From the NCBI GenBank assembly GCA_020631975.1, contig JACKGO010000001.1:329049-393048 (forward strand): 64,000 bases of DNA. Reading direction: 5' to 3'. Position 1 is the stretch's first letter. Every line of letters starts with the position of its first letter. This document shows positions 46,498 through 53,427 of the stretch, piece after piece. This DNA comes from Candidatus Nomurabacteria bacterium (GTDB lineage: Bacteria; Patescibacteriota; Saccharimonadia; Saccharimonadales; CAIOMD01). The notes beneath the pieces were generated by a model. That model did not search any database. It had not been told where the DNA came from and was given only the letters and a program-made list of their open reading frames with translations. Made by a program: the position numbers and the translations under genes.

Positions 46498-48267
46498 TTA
46501 CATGGATAATTCAAAAGATTTTAATCGCTTTTTAGCGTTTTCGTCTTGGCGGTGGCTAATGGTTAATAGTTGTGCGTAAATACCATTCGTTTTACTAAGT
46601 TCTTGCGGTGTACCAATTTCGTCTACCTGCCCGTTCTTTAGCGTGATTATTAAATCAACATGGGCAATAGTCGTGAGCCGGTGAGCAATAATAATCGTCG
46701 TTCTACCTTTCATAAGTTTATCCATAGCTTGCTGTACGGCTACTTCACTCTTGCTATCTAGGCTGCTGGTTGCTTCGTCAAGTATCAGTATTGGGGCATT
46801 TTTTAAGAGTGCTCTTGCAATGGCTATGCGCTGCTTTTGACCACCGCTTAATTTTAAGCCACGTTCACCGATTTCTGTTTGGTACCCCTTTTCAAATTTA
46901 CTAATAAATTCGTGGGCATTGGCATTTTTAGCGGCTTTAATAATGTCTTCTTCTGTAGCATTTTGGTGAGCATACGCAATATTTTCTTTAATAGTGCCAC
47001 TAAATAAGGCAGGCTCCTGAAAAACTACACCAATATTTTTACGTAATGATTTTTGAGTAACACTACTTATGTCTTGGCCTGCTACTGTAATACACCCGCT
47101 CGATGGCTCGTAAAAGCGTAGTAGCAAATTTGTCAGTGTGGTCTTACCTTCGCCACTTTCGCCAACAAGGGCAACTTTTTGACCGTTTTGTATATGAAAA
47201 GAAATGTCTTTAAGCACCTGCTTATCGCCATAGCCAAAGCTCACGGAATCAAAAACAATGGTGGGTTTTTTACTGGTAAACACTTTTGCATCAGGTGCAT
47301 CTGTTATGTCTGATTGTATCGCCATAACTTCAAAGTAATCTTTACTGTCTGCAATAGCCCGTTGTGTGTTGTCTACCAAAAAACTAATTGTAAATATGGG
47401 GATCCTTATTTGCATCGCATACAATATAAGAGCGACCGCTTGGCCTGGAGTAAAAACCCCTTTAGCTCCTTGCACAAAAATAAATAAATACACCAAAAAG
47501 AAAATAATATTAAGTATCAGCCGCCGCTGGACGTCTTTGGTGTGCCAATATTTAGATTGAGGTACGTTAATTGCTACAGCTTTATCTATATACTTACTAA
47601 AAATACTAAGTTCGTACTTTTCTTGGATAAAGCTTTTAACAACTTTGATCTGCCCAACACTTTCGGCAAACCGACCGCTGGCAATATCGGCATTTAAATT
47701 TTTGTCTTTTTGGTAGTTTTGCCAGGTGTTACTGGTGCGCATTGTTAAGAATATATATATTGGGTATAACACACCTAAGAGTAATGCAACTTGCCAACTA
47801 TAATACGCTACAATGGCAAGGGCAAAAATTGTACTAAAAATAAACTGCAAAAAGTTATTACTAAGCATCTGCATAAAACTAGTAATTTGGTTTATCGAGC
47901 GATTAAGTCGATTGATGATTTTACCAGAAAGCTCCGTATCAAAGTACGTCTGTGGCAAATCTAGCAAATGCTGGTAATACCGAAAACTCAATATTTTATA
48001 TAATTTCATCGATAGCTGGTCGCCCCAGTAACCGCTGATATTATTGCCAATGGTTGCAACTACTTCGATAGCTAAAATACCCAATGCTAACATGACCATA
48101 TACTGCACATCGGCAGACGTGCCTTTTTGCATTTCGTCTATGGCCCAGCCAGAAAGCATTGGCATGGCGAGCCCAACTATACTCAGCACTACAGTGAAAA
48201 TACTAATCGCTACGTAGTAGCGCCATAGTTCTTTACTAAGGGTTATTATTCGCCAAATTGACTGCAT
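46498..48267 (-). CDS. ABC exporter, fused permease/ATPase half-transporter (MsbA-like)
   Basis: N-terminal 6-TM domain, Walker A GESGEGKTT, signature LSGGQKQR, Walker B ILILDEATS. Confidence 0.88.
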   Translation of the reverse strand: MQSIWRIITLSKELWRYYVAISIFTVVLSIVGLAMPMLSGWAIDEMQKGTSADVQYMVMLALGILAIEVVATIGNNISGYWGDQLSMKLYKILSFRYYQHLLDLPQTYFDTELSGKIINRLNRSINQITSFMQMLSNNFLQFIFSTIFALAIVAYYSWQVALLLGVLYPIYIFLTMRTSNTWQNYQKDKNLNADIASGRFAESVGQIKVVKSFIQEKYELSIFSKYIDKAVAINVPQSKYWHTKDVQRRLILNIIFFLVYLFIFVQGAKGVFTPGQAVALILYAMQIRIPIFTISFLVDNTQRAIADSKDYFEVMAIQSDITDAPDAKVFTSKKPTIVFDSVSFGYGDKQVLKDISFHIQNGQKVALVGESGEGKTTLTNLLLRFYEPSSGCITVAGQDISSVTQKSLRKNIGVVFQEPALFSGTIKENIAYAHQNATEEDIIKAAKNANAHEFISKFEKGYQTEIGERGLKLSGGQKQRIAIARALLKNAPILILDEATSSLDSKSEVAVQQAMDKLMKGRTTIIIAHRLTTIAHVDLIITLKNGQVDEIGTPQELSKTNGIYAQLLTISHRQDENAKKRLKSFELSM

Positions 48268-48308
48268 ATCTCATCATAGTATACGGCATCAATTTGCCGG
48301 CTTAAACG

Positions 48309-50093
48309 CTAATCCATAAAATCTTGTGCTTGTATTGTGTACAGTTCGGCGTAATGACCATTTTGCGCCATTAATTCCTTGTGTGTTCCCTGCTCTATTA
48401 TGTGTCCATCATCTACAACGTATATGTAGTCAGCTTTACGAACCGTCGCAAAACGATGCGACACAATGAGTACAGTGGCGCTGGCGCTTTTTTCAAAGAT
48501 ACTATTAAATATACTGCGCTCGGCTTTGGCATCTATTGCAGAGGTTGGTTCATCTAATATCAATAAATCAAACGGTTTTAACAATGTTCTAGCAATAGAT
48601 AAGCGTTGGCGTTGGCCACCAGATAAGTCTGCTCCGTCTTTGTATGATTTATCGAGCCGTGTATCGAGCTGATGTGGCAGGCTTAGAATCTTTTGTTTAA
48701 GATGCACAACATCAAGAGCTGCTAAAATATCATCTTTAGTGAGCGTCCTACCGGCCACTACTTCAAGATTTTGCTTTATGGTTAGATCATCAAACAAATA
48801 ATAATCTTGGCTAAGAACAGATGTGTGTTTATACAGGCTTTCGCGGCTCAGTTGCTTGGTTGCTATGCCATTGATTATTAGTGTTCCCTCAGTGGGTTCG
48901 TATTGTTTGGCAATAATCCGCAGTAGCGACGTCTTACCGGCACCGTTTTCACCCACAATAGCCACCTTTTGGCCTGCAGAAATGCTTAGTGTTACGTTTT
49001 TTAGAGCCTGTGTACCATTTTGATACTTCAGAGATATATCGCGTAGCTCTATTGCTATGCCACCGCCACCTATTTGAATCTTTTCGGTGCCATCTGGTGC
49101 ATCGGGGATATCCATAACATCTTTAAGGGCAGCCGTAGCAAGATATGTTTCTTGAGCCCGTGATATGTTATAGCCCAATATAAAGGTTTGCGAACTAGCT
49201 TGTTGTATGAGTCCAATCACAAATAAAAACTGGTCAAAGGCCAGTTTACCACCAGCCACAAGTAGTATTGCCCAGATTCTGGTGCCAACTTCTATAAGTG
49301 GAGAAGATATATCTTCAAATAAAGAAAAGAAGGCGTTTTTGCGGACAGCTTGCATCTCTATATCCATTTCTTTACGTAAGTGTTTTTCGCGTAGCTTTAA
49401 TATGCTGTCGCGGGCCCCCATAATACGTATCTCAAACAGTCGCAGCGGATCAGTAATATAATTAAATAATCCCCAAGATATACGCCAATGTATGGTACTT
49501 TCTTCCCACGATTTACGGCTACGTTTTGTTTGGTAATAATTACTAACCGCTAGTATTGGTATAAGGACAAAAAGTAGCACAGCTATACCCCATGCATACT
49601 GCCACACCACTACTACGGCGAGTATATACGCCGCAATGCTTGAAGCAATGTTTTGCAACGTATCGGCAGCTCCCTGCACGGTGTATAATTCCCTACTCGC
49701 CATGCTCAAAGAAGTTTGCAAATTCGGATTATCTAGTTGTTCTTGGGTAAACGAAGATACTTTACTGCTATACAGCGTGCTGACATAAATATTTACTTGC
49801 TCGGAAAACTTTCTGTCGTAGTAATAGGTAATACGCCGTATTACATCAAATAGTATTGTTACCGCTCCAAATAATAGTGCCCACACAACTGGCGTACGCA
49901 CCGTAACAGAACCGGTAGCAAGCAATGCAACCGATGCCGTTACCTGGGCCAGTAAGTAAGTTGTAATAATGCCACTAACACTGTTGGTAAGAAATGTACT
50001 AAGACTCGTAAAGGCAAAGATACGCTTGTTGGTACGCCAACTCAGGCCAACGGCCCACAAAAACGGTGATAGCACTTTCGTTATATTTTTCAT
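48309..50093 (-). CDS. ABC exporter, fused permease/ATPase half-transporter (probable heterodimer partner)
   Basis: Walker A GENGAGKTS, signature LSGGQRQR, Walker B LLILDEPTS. ATG at 50093 preferred over the ORF-track TTG at 50168. Confidence 0.85.
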   Translation of the reverse strand: MKNITKVLSPFLWAVGLSWRTNKRIFAFTSLSTFLTNSVSGIITTYLLAQVTASVALLATGSVTVRTPVVWALLFGAVTILFDVIRRITYYYDRKFSEQVNIYVSTLYSSKVSSFTQEQLDNPNLQTSLSMASRELYTVQGAADTLQNIASSIAAYILAVVVVWQYAWGIAVLLFVLIPILAVSNYYQTKRSRKSWEESTIHWRISWGLFNYITDPLRLFEIRIMGARDSILKLREKHLRKEMDIEMQAVRKNAFFSLFEDISSPLIEVGTRIWAILLVAGGKLAFDQFLFVIGLIQQASSQTFILGYNISRAQETYLATAALKDVMDIPDAPDGTEKIQIGGGGIAIELRDISLKYQNGTQALKNVTLSISAGQKVAIVGENGAGKTSLLRIIAKQYEPTEGTLIINGIATKQLSRESLYKHTSVLSQDYYLFDDLTIKQNLEVVAGRTLTKDDILAALDVVHLKQKILSLPHQLDTRLDKSYKDGADLSGGQRQRLSIARTLLKPFDLLILDEPTSAIDAKAERSIFNSIFEKSASATVLIVSHRFATVRKADYIYVVDDGHIIEQGTHKELMAQNGHYAELYTIQAQDFMD

Positions 50094-50125
50094 TGCAGTG
50101 TTTCTTATATTGTTTACACTGCAAT
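50092..50125 (-). promoter_or_regulatory. 10-bp perfect hairpin sequestering the ABC-exporter start codon
   Basis: The minus-strand RNA reads ATTGCAGTGT-(14 nt)-ACACTGCAAT, and the final AT are the first two bases of the ATG (50093..50091). An upstream ACACTG copy could pair with the 5' arm instead. Confidence 0.5.
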
Positions 50126-50278
50126 AATAGCACAGTGTAGCTAAGTGTAGCGTTGCCGCAGAGCACAAACAATTTAGTTTATGATCTATGGGAACGCAGG
50201 TGTTGTTGCATCCTGTCTTGACACATCGGGCATATACTTCATGCCTCTGAAGGTCAGTTCCCCCGGTTTTCTTTCCGG

Positions 50279-50410
50279 CTAGTGCTCGAGCGGGCAGATG
50301 TCGGGATCATGCCCGGTCGTTCCGCATCTTAAGCAGTTCAGCTTAATGCCTCCCATGCCCCGCTTCTTGCCCCCATTGCAATTGGGACAACAGCCTTTGC
50401 AGCTCGCCAT
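50279..50410 (-). CDS. Unannotated 43-aa Cys/His-rich micro-protein (MASCKGCCPNCNGGKKRGMGGIKLNCLRCGTTGHDPDICPLEH), zinc-knuckle-like
   Basis: ATG at 50410 and TAG at 50281..50279. GGAGGAGGTGA (50427..50417) ends 6 nt upstream of the ATG. The spacings CX2CCX2C and CX2CX4HX4C are both present. The ORF is below the ORF-track length cutoff. Confidence 0.5.
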   Translation of the reverse strand: MASCKGCCPNCNGGKKRGMGGIKLNCLRCGTTGHDPDICPLEH

Positions 50411-50613
50411 GTTACTTCACCTCCTCCAAGGTATAGTAGGTACGATAAGTAAGGGCTCGGTCGGGGGGTACGGGGGATGTGACCCCCGACCGAGCCTCTC
50501 TTGATAGCCTTTTCGGGCAGTCAAGAGGGAGGTGGTACGGAGGATCCTCGCTTGTGCGGGGCTTTTGCACGCGCTTTAGGCGTCCACTCCGTCCCCACTT
50601 GGTACAATAAACG
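50411..50613 (-). ncRNA. GC-rich, hairpin-dense segment between the tRNA-Pro 3' end and the micro-ORF (candidate cis-regulatory leader or small structured RNA; class unknown)
   Basis: Three consecutive stems are visible: 50537-42/50587-92, 50498-504/50521-27, and a perfect 14-bp stem 50454-67/50483-96. An anti-SD-like CACCTCC sits at 50534..50528. GC is about 50-65% by hand count. Confidence 0.4.
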
Positions 50614-50686
50614 TCGGGGTGGCAGGAATTGAACCTACGCTCCCGGCGCCCAACGCCAGAGCTCTACCAAACTGAGCTACACCCCG
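50614..50686 (-). tRNA. tRNA-Pro (anticodon UGG), CCA not encoded
   Basis: Hand-folded cloverleaf. Acceptor CGGGGTG/CACCCCG; D arm GCTC-AGTTTGGTA-GAGC; anticodon stem CTGGC/GCCGG with loop GTTGGGC (U33, UGG, G37); T arm GTAGG-TTCAATT-CCTGC; discriminator A. Confidence 0.92.
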
Positions 50687-50689
50687 TGT

Positions 50690-50770
50690 GATAGTGCCTA
50701 CGTTGGTGTGGTAGGCTATCTTTTTTACCGACTACGACAACAGCGCAATCAGCACAAAAGATAGTCTACC
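50690..50770 (-). promoter_or_regulatory. Three-arm alternative-pairing element immediately upstream of the tRNA-Pro 5' end
   Basis: In the minus-strand RNA, arm1 is GGTAGACTATCTTTT (50770..50756), arm2 is AAAAGATAGCCTACC (50724..50710) and arm3 is GTAGGCACTATC (50701..50690). Arm2 can pair with arm1 (14/15) or with arm3. Confidence 0.4.
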
Positions 50771-50871
50771 AAAAACCAGACCGATTCATACTTATTTTAG
50801 TTGCAACAACACCTGTTAATGTACTTGCCTATCATGGGCTAAATTTACAGCCTCACGGGCACAGCTATACC

Positions 50872-50900
50872 ATATTACAACGTTTCTACAATTTGGTCAA
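50872..50900 (-). promoter_or_regulatory. Strong sigma-70-type promoter downstream of pheT (-35 TTGACC, 17 nt, -10 TAATAT), ~180 nt upstream of tRNA-Pro
   Basis: On the minus strand TTGACC is at 50900..50895 and TAATAT at 50877..50872. Confidence 0.55.
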
Positions 50901-50915
50901 GCCTTATTACGCTTG

Positions 50916-53426
50916 CTATATACGTTTCGCGTTATACGCCTTGGCGACTTCTGACGTCGCTTTTTCTACTAAGCTAGTAAGTTCTTGGGTAGTCATAGTG
51001 CGCTCATGATTGCTCATACTAAGCCGGAACGTGTAGTTAATGTGACTATCTGTTTTATAACTATCTATGGCAATAAGTGAATAAATTGATTTTTCTGGAA
51101 TATGCTGGGCAATTGCTTTCTGAAGCGAAGTAGAAATCGTGGCAAAGAGCATACTACTATCTACCTGTAGGGTAATATCTTGGTTTATAGAGGGGTATTT
51201 TGGTAGCTGCACATACCGTTTAGGAGTGCCTAGCGAGTGTTGTAAAAGAGGCACAATATTCAGTTCAAAACCTGCACAATAGCTTGGGAGTTTAAGCTTT
51301 TTCATTGTTTTGGCTTGTAATTCACCTACTACACCCAATGTTTCGCCGTCATCAGTCGCAATGACTGCACTACGCGTTGCTAGGAAAGGTTGCGACATAT
51401 CATTAGCTGGCTGGTTTGGCACGTCTGTAAAAGGAGTAAATGTAGCTTTAATGCCGAGTTTTTGTAACACACCATTAAGATACTCTTTTGCATAGTAATA
51501 TGGTTCGCCTTCGTAGTTTTTACGTTTCTTTTCGTCAGCCGCAAATACAAAAGCGAGGTTTTCATGTTCTATTGGTAAACCATCTTCTGCCACATACTGC
51601 TTAGAATGGGCTTTACCTATTTCAAATAAAGCAAATTCACCATAACCAGCTTTTATGTTTAGGTGAACCTTTTCTAGCACACTTGGTAAAACGCTCAGGC
51701 GATAGTACTGCAAGCGGGGGCTTAGGGCATTACTTAGTTTGTACGCATTACTTATGTCTTGATTAGACGCTTCTATGAGATCGCTATGCACAAACGTATA
51801 GGTAAGAAGTTCATTTGCACCCATGGCTGCCAAGGTGTGCCGTAGAGTTTCTTTAAAGTGTATTGAAGTATTCTTTTTGGCAGGTTTAGCAATGCGGGTT
51901 GGCAAGGCAATAGGTAACTTTTCATAACCATAGAGCCTGCCGACTTCTTCTACAATGTCTTCTTGTAAACGAATATCCCGGCGCCAAAATGGTACATGTA
52001 TGGTAATTGCATCGCTATGAACATCTACCTTACATTCTACGTTCTCTAATAATTGTGCGATTTGCTGGGCGCTTAGTTGTGAGCCTAAGCGAGTGTTTAT
52101 AAACTCTGCAGTAGTGCTGACGGGAGCCAATGGCACTACGGTGTCATCTTTATAGTCAACTACCGAACTAGCCAGTTGACCCCCTGCAATGCTTTGGACC
52201 ATTTCTGTTGCTTTGTGTAATACTCGCAGATTTTGCAAAGGGCTTTGCCCTTTGTTAAAGCGTGTTACGGCGTCTGTGAATAAACCATATTTCATGGCTG
52301 TACGCCGTATGTTGTACATATCAAAATTAGCACATTCAAGAACGATGTTTTTGGTCGTTTTGTCTACTTCTGTTTCGCTCCCACCCATAACACCACCTAT
52401 ACCAATTGGTGTATCATCAGCGCAGATAATTACCGTAGCATCATCTTGCATCATCACATCTTTACCGTTTAATAGTGCAATTGATTCTCCCTTTTTAGAT
52501 AGGCGCGCTCTAATGACGGCTTTTTTGGTGCCACTCTTTGCAATCAGTTTATCGTAATCGTATGCGTGTAAGGGCTGCCCCGTTAAGTGCATCAACCAAT
52601 TAGTAATGTCTACAATATTATTAATTGGTCGCAAGCCCACCCTACTTAGATCGGACTGCATCTGCAAGGGGCTAGCAGCCACCTGCACGTTTTTTAAGAC
52701 TATCGCACTAAAGCGTGGCACCAGTGGTGTGTCTACTGCAACTTGTAGTGGTAGATCTGTAATATTATTGAAAGTAGGATCCTGGCTATACCACTGTGGG
52801 CTTATAAAAGCTTTCTGCTGAATACCGGCAAGTTCACGCGCAACACCAAGCACACCAAAACAATCAGGTCGGTGTGTAAACATTTTATTTTCGCAATCTA
52901 CAACATCATCATCTAAGTTATATAAGCTTACAAAAGGGGTACCAGCTGGGACGTCTTCTGTAATTACTAATATACCGTCATGATCGTCACTTAGCGCAAG
53001 CTCAGCAGGACTGGCGATCATACCATTGCTACGTAGACCACGTAGTTCACGTGCACCAAGTACAAATGGTTCTTTGTCGTCGGCGGTGCTCGGTACAATT
53101 ACCCCTGGGGGTAGCCACACGACGGTTTGGCCAGTGGCTATGTTTGGGGCTCCACACACGACCTGTATACGTCCGTCTTGGTCACGCTCGATATCTTTTA
53201 TGCTATTGCCGTCATCCACCAAGCAAACACTTAGCTTATCGGCGTTGGGGTGTTTAACGCAGCTCACCACCTTAACAACTACTACACCTTGGTATTTTTT
53301 ACCCCACTCTATAACGTCTTCTACTGCACCAAGTTGTGCACCTATTTTTTTAACGACTTCATCTGTTCCAATGCTGGTGATGTCTACGTTGCTGACTGAT
53401 TGCGCCCATTTTAAACTAACATTCAT
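50916..53426 (-). CDS. pheT: Phenylalanine--tRNA ligase beta subunit
   Basis: 836 aa with an N-terminal tRNA-binding OB domain and B3/4, B5 and FDX-ACB-like regions. 1-nt gap after pheS. Confidence 0.93.
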   Translation of the reverse strand: MNVSLKWAQSVSNVDITSIGTDEVVKKIGAQLGAVEDVIEWGKKYQGVVVVKVVSCVKHPNADKLSVCLVDDGNSIKDIERDQDGRIQVVCGAPNIATGQTVVWLPPGVIVPSTADDKEPFVLGARELRGLRSNGMIASPAELALSDDHDGILVITEDVPAGTPFVSLYNLDDDVVDCENKMFTHRPDCFGVLGVARELAGIQQKAFISPQWYSQDPTFNNITDLPLQVAVDTPLVPRFSAIVLKNVQVAASPLQMQSDLSRVGLRPINNIVDITNWLMHLTGQPLHAYDYDKLIAKSGTKKAVIRARLSKKGESIALLNGKDVMMQDDATVIICADDTPIGIGGVMGGSETEVDKTTKNIVLECANFDMYNIRRTAMKYGLFTDAVTRFNKGQSPLQNLRVLHKATEMVQSIAGGQLASSVVDYKDDTVVPLAPVSTTAEFINTRLGSQLSAQQIAQLLENVECKVDVHSDAITIHVPFWRRDIRLQEDIVEEVGRLYGYEKLPIALPTRIAKPAKKNTSIHFKETLRHTLAAMGANELLTYTFVHSDLIEASNQDISNAYKLSNALSPRLQYYRLSVLPSVLEKVHLNIKAGYGEFALFEIGKAHSKQYVAEDGLPIEHENLAFVFAADEKKRKNYEGEPYYYAKEYLNGVLQKLGIKATFTPFTDVPNQPANDMSQPFLATRSAVIATDDGETLGVVGELQAKTMKKLKLPSYCAGFELNIVPLLQHSLGTPKRYVQLPKYPSINQDITLQVDSSMLFATISTSLQKAIAQHIPEKSIYSLIAIDSYKTDSHINYTFRLSMSNHERTMTTQELTSLVEKATSEVAKAYNAKRI

Positions 53427-53427
53427 A

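Noticed and set aside
50298-50504. 68-aa plus-strand ORF inside the GC-rich island
   Set aside because: It is antisense to the micro-ORF and is Pro/Leu/Gln/Gly-rich, as expected for a random frame in GC-rich DNA. It has no convincing SD. The minus-strand ORF has far better initiation signals. The plus-strand reading cannot be fully excluded without data.
50170-50613. GC-rich island as a known housekeeping RNA (tmRNA, RNase P RNA, SRP/4.5S RNA)
   Set aside because: I looked on both strands for hallmark strings and found none: RNase P GAGGAAAGTCC; the tmRNA tRNA-like 3' end with an acceptor strand complementary to a GGGGACG-type 5' end; the SRP GGAA tetraloop with flanking AGCA/GGAAG symmetric loop. 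Short resemblances (GGGGACG, AGGTCAG, GGCAGATG) are isolated. An Infernal scan is still needed.
50797-50835. 12-codon minus-strand ORF MIGKYINRCCCN in the tRNA-Pro leader
   Set aside because: It has no SD or leaderless-type promoter spacing and is very short. The triple Cys is probably coincidence.
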